Shown here: positions 1-8,939 of the stretch, in pieces
Position numbering within the stretch: position 1 is the stretch's first letter
How the letters are laid out: every line of letters starts with the position of its first letter
NCBI GenBank assembly: GCA_039810425.1
Contig: JBDHWW010000011.1
Coordinates: 1 to 64,000 of the forward strand
Length of the DNA: 64,000 nt
From: Pseudobdellovibrionaceae bacterium
GTDB lineage: Bacteria; Bdellovibrionota; Bdellovibrionia; Bdellovibrionales; Bdellovibrionaceae
Reading direction: 5' to 3'
The notes under the pieces: model-generated
What the model was told of the DNA's origin: nothing
Seen by the model: the letters and a program-made list of their open reading frames with translations, nothing else
The model's database searches: none
Position numbers and translations under genes: made by a program

Positions 1-111
1 TCACGGCATCGGAAAATTCAAAAAATAAAATTTAACGGATCGGAGAGGATTGCTGCGGAGATTCCACGGATCCGGGGGAACAGTGGGTTCAGGAAAACTG
101 AACAAAAAAAT

Positions 112-188
<77 letters not shown>

Positions 189-199
189 ACAGAGGTGCG

Positions 200-229
200 A
201 GAATAGTTAGTTTTGGGCCAATTTGTCAA
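200..229 (-). promoter_or_regulatory. sigma70-type promoter of tRNA-Pro
   Basis: Minus strand TTGACA-18 nt-TATTCT, followed by a GC-rich discriminator-like CGCACC just upstream of the tRNA. Confidence 0.7.
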
Positions 230-295
230 TTTCACCCAGACTATAACGCAATATGATATTTGATGCTGGGCCGAGAAGGGTCTAAGCTTGGAGTC

Positions 296-964
296 ATGGA
301 AAAGTTTTTTAAATCTCTACCGAAGCCTGTCCTTGCGGCCCTCGTGATCACTGCCGCTTTGGTCTTTTTTATGGTAAACGACCCCCCAAATACGGTTTGT
401 GACATACAAGCTGGCAACCTTCGCGAGTTTTTAAAGGGACAGGTTTTTCCATCTCAGGACTCTAAGAAGCGCAAGATACCTCCAGCGATAATTAGAGCCC
501 AAGAGTCTTGCCAGCAAGGGAATAGCGCCGGCTCTTGTTTTGAATACTTCAGCATTCTTCGGAAAACGACCCGTGAGATCCGCAACTTTTCCAGTGAATG
601 TAGAACGGACTTATTGGGTATTTCCGAGATTAATAAGAGCCTTCGCGACGGCGTGATGCTAATGACAAAGATGGCTTGGGGCAGCCGCCCCCCAGAGCCG
701 GGGATGGCTCGCTTTGGCTGGCTGTCGGATTCAGAACTGAATTTATTCTGCATGATTCGCGATGTGTACGTCCAAAGCTATGGCGAAGAAACTTGGAATG
801 GCATTCGCGCGGGTATTTTTAAAGAACTCCCCGGCGAGTCCCCTCAGAACAAGCCGGGCAGTGAAAGTGTCGGTGTTGAGGCTCCAAAGGCGATCACGAC
901 AATGGCCGAGAAAGATATTTGGGCCCGCAGCGTGTTCTCGGTTCGCTGCGAAAACTATCGTTAA
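296..964 (+). CDS. hypothetical membrane-anchored Cys-containing protein
   Basis: ATG at 296 after GGAG; N-terminal hydrophobic helix (VLAALVITAALVFFMV); several Cys in the soluble domain. Confidence 0.75.
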   Translation: MEKFFKSLPKPVLAALVITAALVFFMVNDPPNTVCDIQAGNLREFLKGQVFPSQDSKKRKIPPAIIRAQESCQQGNSAGSCFEYFSILRKTTREIRNFSSECRTDLLGISEINKSLRDGVMLMTKMAWGSRPPEPGMARFGWLSDSELNLFCMIRDVYVQSYGEETWNGIRAGIFKELPGESPQNKPGSESVGVEAPKAITTMAEKDIWARSVFSVRCENYR

Positions 965-1158
965 ATGGAAATCAATTGGACGGTCTTCCATTCCTGCGAA
1001 AGGCCAATTGTTTTCGTATCTCCGACAAAAAAGAAACTATTGTCTGCGACGTGAGTGATTTTGAACTTCTTTTTAGCCAGCTTGCGAAGATTCCACTCCG
1101 CAGGATTCAGGCCGAAATTTTTGAGCTCTCTCTTAAGATTTAATTGTATCTGACACAT
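961..1158 (-). CDS. small hypothetical protein (65 aa)
   Basis: Strong SD (GGAGGGG) before the ATG; its stop overlaps the convergent gene's stop (TTAA); sigma54-like site upstream. Confidence 0.7.
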   Translation of the reverse strand: MCQIQLNLKRELKNFGLNPAEWNLRKLAKKKFKITHVADNSFFFVGDTKTIGLSQEWKTVQLISI

Positions 1159-1191
1159 AACCCCTCCGATTGATGGTTGCGAAGGGGGTGT

Positions 1192-1207
1192 TGCAAGATT
1201 GTGCCCA
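1192..1207 (-). promoter_or_regulatory. candidate sigma54 (-24/-12) promoter
   Basis: Minus strand TGGGCACAATCTTGCA: GG-N10-GC spacing with TTGCA, about 35 bp upstream of the 65-aa ORF. Confidence 0.5.
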
Positions 1208-1296
1208 AAGTTTCAGCGGCGTATGTGCCAATGGATTCATTCTGGTGCTGTTGGGCTGCTTGTTTTGTCCATTTCTTTGGAATACTGTTCTTAAAT

Positions 1297-1677
1297 ATGA
1301 GACCAAAAAGATTCCTGGCTTATCTTTCCGGACAAGCCACCGTTATTATTGCCGTCGTTTTTATTTTCAAATTGAACAGTGATGTGAGGCTTGCGTCGGT
1401 CCAGGCGGGAGCATTGTTTGTTCTATTGCCGCTAATTTTGGCGATCCTAGAGTATAAAAAATCCAAACTCACACGCGTAAGTTTTTTTGTGGGCCTCTTG
1501 CAGTTTTGGGTTTTTTTCGCTCTTCCTATATTAGGGCTGCGTCTGCTGAACTGGGATGTGCCCTTTAACGAATTGTCCTTTATAGGAGTTCCTGGGGCGA
1601 CTCTGCATCAATACGCGAACCACAGTTTTGTGGTGATGATGGCTTTGACTCTGTGGAACTACATTCGCCGTAAGTAG
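1297..1677 (+). CDS. hypothetical integral membrane protein
   Basis: About 4 hydrophobic segments; start placed at MRPKRF (1297), which is uncertain. Confidence 0.7.
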   Translation: MRPKRFLAYLSGQATVIIAVVFIFKLNSDVRLASVQAGALFVLLPLILAILEYKKSKLTRVSFFVGLLQFWVFFALPILGLRLLNWDVPFNELSFIGVPGATLHQYANHSFVVMMALTLWNYIRRK

Positions 1678-1702
1678 CTAGTGGACGAGATGTAAGAAAT
1701 AC

Positions 1703-1732
1703 AAAAAGCCAAGGTTTTTGCCTTGGCTTTTT
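1703..1732. terminator. bidirectional intrinsic terminator
   Basis: AAAAAGCCAAGG-TTTTTG-CCTTGGCTTTTT between convergent genes. Confidence 0.85.
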
Positions 1733-1759
1733 GCTTCTAACGAAGTCTGTGAAGTCTTA

Positions 1760-2029
1760 TTAGATTTCGAAAGGAACTGGAGAGATCGCTTCAGCTCTGT
1801 TGAAAACGTCGTATGCAGGCATACCGTTTGGCAACAAACCAAGGCTACGAGCTTTTTTAACAGCAGCAGCAACTTGTTTTTGTTGGGCTACGCTTAATTT
1901 AGAGATACGAGAAGGCGTGATTTTGCCACCATCGCTAACAAAACGAGTTAAAGAAGACGGATCTTTATAGTCGAAAAGATGGTCGCCGGAGAATTCCTGT
2001 CTGTACTTGCTTCTTGTAGCTTTTTTCAT
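1760..2029 (-). CDS. rpsR: 30S ribosomal protein bS18 (Zn-ribbon-less form)
   Basis: DYKD..LTRFVSDGGKITPSR...QQKQVAAAVKKARSLGLLP is the S18 signature; GAGGA SD before ATG 2029; no Cys. Confidence 0.93.
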   Translation of the reverse strand: MKKATRSKYRQEFSGDHLFDYKDPSSLTRFVSDGGKITPSRISKLSVAQQKQVAAAVKKARSLGLLPNGMPAYDVFNRAEAISPVPFEI

Positions 2030-2187
2030 TATTTGGTCCTCTTCGTTAGTGAGGGACTGTATATACGACAAAAATCAGTTGCCAACAAGTGTCTTTTTTC
2101 ATATACGGTTGATTCTTGTTTTGACCGGATTGCTTTCTAGGCGCCATTTTGGCGATATTAAGCAGAGAGTTTAGAGGAGTATACACA

Positions 2188-2478
2188 ATGAGCAGATGCG
2201 AACTTACTGGAAAAGGCCCTGTAGTTAAGAACTTGGTGAGCCACTCCAACATTAAAACTAAATCTACAGCTCAACCAAATGTTCAAAAGAAACGCATATT
2301 TAGTCGTTCTTTGAATGCAATGGTGAGATTGCAAATTGCGACTAGTGCCATCCGTGACATGGAGCATATGGGCGGTTTCGACAACTTTATCTTGAACCAA
2401 CAGGATACAGTTCTCTCGAAGCGCGCATTGGCTGTTAAGCTCAGAATCAAAAAGAAAATCGGCTCTAACAAGAAGTAA
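2188..2478 (+). CDS. rpmB: 50S ribosomal protein bL28
   Basis: MSRCELTGKGP..KNLVSHSNIKTK...PNVQKKRI signature; GAGGAG SD. Confidence 0.95.
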   Translation: MSRCELTGKGPVVKNLVSHSNIKTKSTAQPNVQKKRIFSRSLNAMVRLQIATSAIRDMEHMGGFDNFILNQQDTVLSKRALAVKLRIKKKIGSNKK

Positions 2479-2493
2479 TAAAGGGAGCAGACC

Positions 2494-2757
2494 GTGATTA
2501 AATTGAAAATTAAAAAAGGTGCAACAGTACAAGTGATCGCTGGCCAAGATAAAGGCAAAAAAGGCACTGTATTGTCGGTAAACGTAAAGGCCATGAAGAT
2601 TCAAGTTCAAGGCGTTAAGGTTCAAACTCACTTCGATAAAAAAGATGGGTTGTTGAAAAAAGAAGGCTTCATTGATTATTCGAATGTAAAGCTTTTGGAT
2701 GCTCCATCTAAAGAGAAGAAAACTTCTAAAAAAGCAGCGAAATCTAAAACTGCTTAA
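2494..2757 (+). CDS. rplX: 50S ribosomal protein uL24 (short form)
   Basis: KIKKGATVQVIAGQDKGKKGTVL (KOW motif) and KEGFIDYSNV; GTG start after GGGAG. Confidence 0.88.
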   Translation: MIKLKIKKGATVQVIAGQDKGKKGTVLSVNVKAMKIQVQGVKVQTHFDKKDGLLKKEGFIDYSNVKLLDAPSKEKKTSKKAAKSKTA

Positions 2758-2804
2758 CTCTAGATAGTGTTGAAACAAGCAAAGTTTCTTTCTTTCGCAT
2801 TCTC

Positions 2805-2840
2805 GCATAAAGGCCCTGGGTTCAGGGCCTTTATGCTTTT
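2805..2840 (+). terminator. intrinsic terminator after rpmB-rplX
   Basis: 14-bp stem GCATAAAGGCCCTG-GGTT-CAGGGCCTTTATGC followed by TTTT. Confidence 0.75.
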
Positions 2841-3111
2841 CTTTTGTCTGAGCACAGCGGTTTCTGCCGCTTCGGCTCTGACGATCCTTTGCAAAAACGA
2901 AAAATCTGTCCGCACTCTGAGAGCTGACAAAACTTCTACTGGCTGCCGTGCTATTTATACCAAGCAAGGTGTTGATCAAGTTGTCGGCTCGTCCGTGCGG
3001 GATCCGAATGGCTGCGATAGCATTATTGACGGAATCCGTAAGACACTCGAAGGGAGTGTTTGGAAATGCCGTGATGTTAAAGAGGCCGTTATTTCAAATC
3101 TTTCAGAATAA
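2833..3111 (+). CDS. small secreted Cys-containing hypothetical protein
   Basis: Signal-peptide-like MLFFCLSTAVSAASA; mature part has 4 Cys; alternative GTG start at 2767. Confidence 0.65.
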   Translation: MLFFCLSTAVSAASALTILCKNEKSVRTLRADKTSTGCRAIYTKQGVDQVVGSSVRDPNGCDSIIDGIRKTLEGSVWKCRDVKEAVISNLSE

Positions 3112-3188
3112 TTCCTGGAAAATCCCATACCCATTGCGGGTAAAACTCCCTAAACTTAAATCATATCCGCGTGATAATGGGGGAGCGT

Positions 3189-4022
3189 ATGTTACAAGAA
3201 CTCAAAGTAGCTGTTTGCCAAATGACTTCCGTCGATGACGTGCAGGCGAACTTGCGCCAGATCGAAGCTTTGATCGGTGAGGTGCCCGAGCGCTCGGGGG
3301 TGAGACTCTTCTGCTTTCCAGAAAACGCGCTTTATCTCCGAATCAAGGAAGGCGAAGCGATTCCACCATTCACTCTTAAAGATCACGTTTTTCAAGACCT
3401 CGCCGTGATGGCTCGCCGGAGAAAAGCGTATCTGCACATCGGTTCGGTGCCATTGCAGATGGGGGATTTTTTGTACAACTCTTCGGTGCTCATTTCTGAC
3501 GAGGGGAAGATCGAGACGACCTACCAGAAAATTCACTTGTTTGATATTCAGTTGGCGGGGCAGCAGGCGATTCGCGAGTCCGATGTCTTTCGTCATGGTG
3601 AAACCACGAGTGTGTTTATTGTCGACGGCTGGAAGATAGCGCAGTCGATTTGTTATGACCTTCGTTTTGCGGAGTTGTATTCCCAATATGCCCGGCAACA
3701 AGTGGACGTGATTCTGGTTCCCGCGGCTTTTTTGGCCAAGACCGGGGAGGCCCATTGGGAAGTCCTTTTGCGAGCAAGAGCTATTGAGAGTCAGTGTTAT
3801 ATCGTGGCGGCCGCTCAGGTCGGGTGCCATGAGAGCGTTCGTGCGGGCGGTCATCGAGAAACCTACGGCCACTCTTTGGTTGTTGAGCCCTGGGGGGCAG
3901 TGGCGACGCATCTTGATGGGGTGAAGAAACAGACTTCTGTCTGTTCGCTTTCCAAGGCCAAGATTGAGGCCGTCCGAACGCAGATCCCCATGGCTCAGCA
4001 CCGGCGGATTTCAGTAAAATAG
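3189..4022 (+). CDS. carbon-nitrogen hydrolase (Nit1/YbeM-like, probable deaminated-glutathione amidase)
   Basis: Catalytic triad motifs FPEN, YQKIHLFD and ICYDLRF; also AHWEVLLRARAIESQCY and TYGHS. Confidence 0.92.
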   Translation: MLQELKVAVCQMTSVDDVQANLRQIEALIGEVPERSGVRLFCFPENALYLRIKEGEAIPPFTLKDHVFQDLAVMARRRKAYLHIGSVPLQMGDFLYNSSVLISDEGKIETTYQKIHLFDIQLAGQQAIRESDVFRHGETTSVFIVDGWKIAQSICYDLRFAELYSQYARQQVDVILVPAAFLAKTGEAHWEVLLRARAIESQCYIVAAAQVGCHESVRAGGHRETYGHSLVVEPWGAVATHLDGVKKQTSVCSLSKAKIEAVRTQIPMAQHRRISVK

Positions 4023-4138
4023 AGCATACTTCCTAGTGACTTTTTTCTCATTATGTTTTCAAATCAGCCCATAGCAGACATGAGGCCGGAGGCCTTTGTT
4101 TTAATTATGGAAATAGCGACTTGTTACGGAGGACCGAG

Positions 4139-4408
4139 ATGACTCAGTCGACTAAGTTTGGAGCGGCACTCGCTGGAATTTTCATCGCAGCTGGAATTGT
4201 GCTTTCTTCTGTGGCGCATGCTGAAGAAGTGATAGCTGGTTCTATTTATGATGAGTCCAAAGAGGCTGAAATCGCCCAGAAAGCCCGCCGCCGTGCCTAT
4301 ATCGGTGGCCGCGATGAGGGGGATCTTGCGGTCCAACCGCAATTGCCAGCTCCAATTCGTAAGATGGCACCTCAAATTGAGGGCACTGAGAATTCAGCCG
4401 ACGACTAG
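4139..4408 (+). CDS. small secreted hypothetical protein
   Basis: GGAGG SD; signal peptide ending AHA; motif RRRAYIGGRDEGDL. Confidence 0.7.
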   Translation: MTQSTKFGAALAGIFIAAGIVLSSVAHAEEVIAGSIYDESKEAEIAQKARRRAYIGGRDEGDLAVQPQLPAPIRKMAPQIEGTENSADD

Positions 4409-4435
4409 TCCCTGTACGTTTTTTGGAGATGAAAT

Positions 4436-6166
4436 ATGGCGATCAACGACCAACTCCCTGAAGGGGTCACCCGTGAAACAATGGACGTCGATGTCCTGAT
4501 CGTAGGTGGCGGAGCTGCGGGCCTTTCCTGTGCCTTGCATTTGCAAAATCAAATTGAAAAACATAACGAAGGAATCGCTTCAGGGAAAAAGCAAGGATCT
4601 CCGATTCCTGAGCAAATGATTGTTGTTCTGGAAAAAGGCGCGGAGATCGGTGCGCACAGCTTCTCAGGTGCTGTTCTTAATACAATGGCTTTATCGGAGT
4701 TGATGCCGGATTTTAAAGAGCAAGGCTGCCCGTTGGACGCGGAAGTGACGAAGGATGCGGTTTACTACTTGGGCGCAGAGAGCGCGATAAAGCTTCCGGT
4801 CACGCCGCCCCCTTTCCATAATATCGGTCACCACATCATTTCATTGTCGAAGTTGAACCGTTGGTTGGCGGGAAAGTGTGAAGCGAAAGGCATCAACATC
4901 TTTCCGGGCTTTGCCGCAGTCGAAGCCCTTTATGATGGTGATAAAATCGTCGGTATTCGCACGGGGGATAAAGGCCGCGATAGGCACGGCCATCCGAAAG
5001 GCAATTTTGAACCCGGTCTTATTCTGAACACAAAGTGCGTGATTTTTGCTGAAGGCACGCGCGGTTCTTTGTTCCAAAAAGTTTCTAATAAACTCAACCT
5101 TCGTGACGGCAAAAATGAAGAGGTCTTCGAGGAGGGCGTCAAGGAAATCATTCAGATGCCTGCGGGCACGGTGGAGCCTGGTCAAGTCATTCACACAATG
5201 GGCTTCCCGCTGCATAAATCTATCGGTGGCACTTTTATCTACACGATCCCAGGCGACAAAATCGTGCTCGGCTTGGTCGCATACTTGGACACTCAGGATC
5301 CATTGCTCGATCCGCACCGGGAATTGCAGAAATTAAAAACTCATCCGTTCATTCAGAAGATGCTAAAAGGCGGTAAGGTTGTTGCATACGGGGGAAAGAC
5401 TCTTCCTGCGGGTGGTTGGTACTCGATGCCGAAATTGGCTGGTAATGGCTGGATGGTAGCGGGCGATTCTGCGAGCATGGTCGACGTTCAGAAGCTAAAA
5501 GGTATTCACTTGGGGATGAAATCAGGGATGCTTGCTGCTGAAGCGGCTGTTGAAGGCATCGTAAAAGGTGATTTCTCTGCAGCGACAACGAAGGCTTATG
5601 AAGAGAAAATTCATAGCAGCTTTGTAAAATCTGAGCTTTACCGCGTACGTAACTTCCACCAAACTTTGAGCAAAGGTTTCTTTGAGTCTTTGCCGTTGAT
5701 TGCATTGCAAGAGATCACCGGTGGCCGCGGTTTGTTTGATAACATGAAAGCCCATAAAGACTCTAAGACGACACACAAAGTGGTGGAAATCTGGGGTCCA
5801 GATGGCTTGAATGCGCCTGAAAACAAGCTTCCAAAGCCAGATGGCGCTCTTTTTTATGACAAGCTTTCCAGTGTTTATTTAACCGGAACCATGCACGACG
5901 AAGATTCTCCGAACCATCTTTTGGTGAAGGACACTGACGTCTGCCGCACAGTTTGCGAGCCCCAGTATAAATCACCATGTAATCATTTCTGCCCAGCGAG
6001 TGTTTACGAGATGTTGCCCTCCCAGAATCATCAGGGTCAGTTTGATCTTCAGGTAAATTATACGAATTGTATTCACTGTAAGACTTGTGATATCAAGTGT
6101 CCGTTCGAAAACATCGAATGGACGGCGCCCGAGGGAGGCGGCGGCCCACAATACAGAGAAACGTAA
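4436..6166 (+). CDS. electron transfer flavoprotein-ubiquinone oxidoreductase
   Basis: FAD-binding IVGGGAAG, LEKGAEIGAHSFSGA, KGIHLGMKSG; C-terminal 4Fe-4S ligands CPA...NCIHCKTCDIKCP and PEGGGGP. Confidence 0.95.
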   Translation: MAINDQLPEGVTRETMDVDVLIVGGGAAGLSCALHLQNQIEKHNEGIASGKKQGSPIPEQMIVVLEKGAEIGAHSFSGAVLNTMALSELMPDFKEQGCPLDAEVTKDAVYYLGAESAIKLPVTPPPFHNIGHHIISLSKLNRWLAGKCEAKGINIFPGFAAVEALYDGDKIVGIRTGDKGRDRHGHPKGNFEPGLILNTKCVIFAEGTRGSLFQKVSNKLNLRDGKNEEVFEEGVKEIIQMPAGTVEPGQVIHTMGFPLHKSIGGTFIYTIPGDKIVLGLVAYLDTQDPLLDPHRELQKLKTHPFIQKMLKGGKVVAYGGKTLPAGGWYSMPKLAGNGWMVAGDSASMVDVQKLKGIHLGMKSGMLAAEAAVEGIVKGDFSAATTKAYEEKIHSSFVKSELYRVRNFHQTLSKGFFESLPLIALQEITGGRGLFDNMKAHKDSKTTHKVVEIWGPDGLNAPENKLPKPDGALFYDKLSSVYLTGTMHDEDSPNHLLVKDTDVCRTVCEPQYKSPCNHFCPASVYEMLPSQNHQGQFDLQVNYTNCIHCKTCDIKCPFENIEWTAPEGGGGPQYRET

Positions 6167-6207
6167 TCTTTTTGGATGAGGGGCGTTTCTTAGACAGGAG
6201 CGTTCCT

Positions 6208-7332
6208 ATGCCAGAGTTTTTTGCATCCACACCCAAAGGCCTCGTTGAGGCCCTCGAAAAAGAACTACAAGAATTAGATCTGAAAGTCCTCGAAAGAACC
6301 GCCGGCGGCGTCTTCTTTGAAAGCAGTTGGGAAGGTGCTTACAAAGCCAATCTTCATTCTCGCATAGCGAGTCGTATCTTGAAGCCGGTTCTGGAATTCG
6401 TGGCTTATCAGCCCGATGAACTTTATCATAATATTTTGAAGCACGATTTTACGAAATATATTAAACCCAATCAGACGATTTGCATTGATGCTACGATCAA
6501 AGAGTCTATGATGCGCGATCAGCGCTTCGTTGCGATGAAAATCAAAGATGCCGTTGTAGATCAGTTCCGTGATAAGTTTGGCGTTCGCCCGGACGTTGAC
6601 AATGAAAATCCAGATCTGCGCATTCACGTTCGCGCGATGAAAAATCAATTCATGGTAGCCATTGATCTTTCGGGCGATAGTCTCTTTATGCGTGGCTATC
6701 GTAAAGAAGTCGGTGAAGCCCCGTTGAAGGAAAACCTGGCGGCGGGTTTGTTGGCGCTCACGGAGTGGGATCGCAAGAGTCCGCTGGTTGATTTTATGGC
6801 GGGTTCTGGCACTTTGTTGATTGAAGGCGCGATGATGGCGCTCAATATTGCTCCGGGCGTGCACCGTAAACGCTTTGGCTTTCAGCGTTGGTTGAACTAC
6901 GACAAAGAGGCTTGGGAAAAGCTTGTTCAAGAGGCGATGGATCAAGAAAAAGAAGACGCTGACTTCAGATTCTATGGATACGATATCGACCGTCGTATGA
7001 TCGTTGTCGCCAAAGACAACGCTCGCAGCGCGGGTGTAGATCACGTGATCGAGTTTAAGCGCGAACCGGTGGCAACGGTGGCACCGCCAGCGGAAAAAGG
7101 TTTGGCTGTTGTGAACCCTCCATACGGTACGCGTATTGGTGATGAGGACAACCTTCGTGACGTTTATCGTGACCTCGGTTTCACTCTTAAACATCGTTTC
7201 AAAGGCTGGGACTGTTGGATTCTTTCAGGTAACAAAGACTTGATCGGTGACTTGAAATTGAAATCGACCCGTAAGCACTTCGTCTTCAACGGTAATATTG
7301 AATGCCGTTGGTTGAAGTATTCAATGTTCTAG
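6208..7332 (+). CDS. THUMP-domain RNA methyltransferase (RlmL-like, 23S rRNA m2G2445)
   Basis: THUMP domain, SGDSLFMRGYR..EAPLKENLAAG, DFMAGSGT and NPPYG; AGGAG SD before ATG 6208. Confidence 0.9.
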   Translation: MPEFFASTPKGLVEALEKELQELDLKVLERTAGGVFFESSWEGAYKANLHSRIASRILKPVLEFVAYQPDELYHNILKHDFTKYIKPNQTICIDATIKESMMRDQRFVAMKIKDAVVDQFRDKFGVRPDVDNENPDLRIHVRAMKNQFMVAIDLSGDSLFMRGYRKEVGEAPLKENLAAGLLALTEWDRKSPLVDFMAGSGTLLIEGAMMALNIAPGVHRKRFGFQRWLNYDKEAWEKLVQEAMDQEKEDADFRFYGYDIDRRMIVVAKDNARSAGVDHVIEFKREPVATVAPPAEKGLAVVNPPYGTRIGDEDNLRDVYRDLGFTLKHRFKGWDCWILSGNKDLIGDLKLKSTRKHFVFNGNIECRWLKYSMF

Positions 7333-7899
7333 TTGCGTATGCGCCAGGCGAAGAGATTGGTCGTTCGACCGTTAGAACTTCATGACTATGAGAATTGGCG
7401 CCAGGCTTATTCCATGCTTCATCCCGCTCAAAATGAGTGGGATGAAGGGCCTTGGAAAGACAGCGAATTGACTCTTGCGAAATACAAGAGACATCTTAGA
7501 AAGCTTTCGGACCTTCGTGAAAGAGATAAGCACTACGATTACGGTGTGTTTCGTAAAGATGACGGGGTCTTTGTCGGGCTTATCGGCATTATGGATGTTT
7601 CGCGCTATATTTTTCAGAATGCTTATTTAGGTTATCGCATCTTTAACAATTACTGGGGGCAAGGCTACGCTTCAGAGGCCTGCCGTATTGCTATCCAGAT
7701 TGCGCTGAGGGATCTTAAGTTACATCGCCTTGAGGCGGGTATTGAGTCGCACAATAAAGCTTCCATTCGCGTTGCGAAGGCCATTGGTTTACGCAAAGAA
7801 GGGCTGAGCAAGCGCCGTCTTCTGATTCACAAGAAGTGGAAAGACATCGTGATCTTCGCCGGCACGAGTGAAGACTTTAAAGTCAGATACCGTGAATGA
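7333..7899 (+). CDS. GNAT family N-acetyltransferase (RimJ/RimL type)
   Basis: AYLGY...YWGQGYASEA, LHRLEAGI..HNKASIRVAKAIG. Confidence 0.88.
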   Translation: MRMRQAKRLVVRPLELHDYENWRQAYSMLHPAQNEWDEGPWKDSELTLAKYKRHLRKLSDLRERDKHYDYGVFRKDDGVFVGLIGIMDVSRYIFQNAYLGYRIFNNYWGQGYASEACRIAIQIALRDLKLHRLEAGIESHNKASIRVAKAIGLRKEGLSKRRLLIHKKWKDIVIFAGTSEDFKVRYRE

Positions 7900-8000
7900 C
7901 CTCCTTGGCGTGCGCTAATAGACTGTAAATCCGCGCCGTATTTAAAACTCCAACCCTAAGTCTGTGGTGCTTTGTTACGTTGTAAAAGCCAAATAGGGGT

Positions 8001-8096
8001 TTTTATTGGTCTTTTAAATATTTTTACAAAGTAAATAAAATAAATTCATAAACTATGGAAATTAAAAGATTATTATAATAAATTTTTATTCAAGTT
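8001..8096 (+). promoter_or_regulatory. very AT-rich promoter/regulatory region
   Basis: Only 12 G+C in 96 nt by manual count; TATAAT at 8074-8079. Confidence 0.6.
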
Positions 8097-8939
8097 ATGG
8101 AAATAGAAAACGCAAAAGCACCTGTAGTAAGACCGGTCATCAGCGAAGCCACAGATCCTGTGAGCTTTGTAAAACAAATGATCGAGTATCGTAAGAAGGC
8201 TGAAAAAGGCTTCTCAGTACATGCAGCAACGGCGAGCCTTCGTCGTGTGTCTCCGTCTTTGGTGTCGCTGATTATTGCGCGCAAAAGAAAGATCACGATC
8301 GACCGCGTGGAGGAGCTTGCAAAGTTGTTGCAGCTCAATGCCCAGGAAAGAATCTATTTTAAGAACTGGTTGACTCGTCTTGAAGACGGCGAGGGGGCTG
8401 AGCCGGTCCCGACGAAAGCGGAGTTTCAAACGCAGAATCGTCGCAAAGAAGTTGGGACTCATATTCTGACTGACTGGATTAATGTGTACGTGAAGGATTG
8501 CTTTCAGCTTCCGAAGGTGCAGGAAAATCCCCAACTCGTCTATCGTTATTTAGCATCTTATGCACACCCAAGGCGCCTGGAAAAGTCGGTGGAATTTTTG
8601 CTGCGCGAAGGACACTTGCGCCGCACGCTGGAAGGTAAAATTGTCGTGGAAGCGAATTTGGCGGTGGCCGATCCGAAGGTTCCCAGCCGTCAAATTCGCC
8701 AATTTCACAAAGGTGCTTTGGGTGTGGCAAAAACGGCGTTGGAAATGTTCCCGCCGACAGAGCGCATGGCGAATACGTTGATCATGCCCCTGAACGAAAA
8801 AAGCTATAACGAACTTCTGGAGATAATCCAGGAGTTCTCAGAGAAGCTGCAGAACTTTGCCGCTTTAAACCAGGAAACGGGAGACCGCTTGTACCAATTG
8901 ATTGTGAATTTGAGCCCAACAGGGGGAAAAGTAGAATGA
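8097..8939 (+). CDS. TIGR02147/DUF4423-like HTH protein (putative regulator)
   Basis: N-terminal FS...SPSLVSLIIARKRKIT..VEELAKLLQL HTH; C-terminal IRQFHK...ER...TL...RLYQLIVNLSP, typical of this Fibrobacter/Bdellovibrio paralog family. Confidence 0.75.
   Translation: MEIENAKAPVVRPVISEATDPVSFVKQMIEYRKKAEKGFSVHAATASLRRVSPSLVSLIIARKRKITIDRVEELAKLLQLNAQERIYFKNWLTRLEDGEGAEPVPTKAEFQTQNRRKEVGTHILTDWINVYVKDCFQLPKVQENPQLVYRYLASYAHPRRLEKSVEFLLREGHLRRTLEGKIVVEANLAVADPKVPSRQIRQFHKGALGVAKTALEMFPPTERMANTLIMPLNEKSYNELLEIIQEFSEKLQNFAALNQETGDRLYQLIVNLSPTGGKVE

Noticed and set aside
1760..2478. Zur-regulated zinc-free ribosomal paralog cluster
   Set aside because: bS18 and bL28 lack zinc ribbons, but I found no convincing Zur box and no rpmE2/rpmJ2/rpsN2 neighbours.
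2158..2979. 273-aa minus-strand ORF, and the many other long antisense ORFs (e.g. 3192-4001, 6274-7194, 18076-18720, 36357-37010)
   Set aside because: They are shadows of well-supported genes on the opposite strand, with no motifs or SD of their own.
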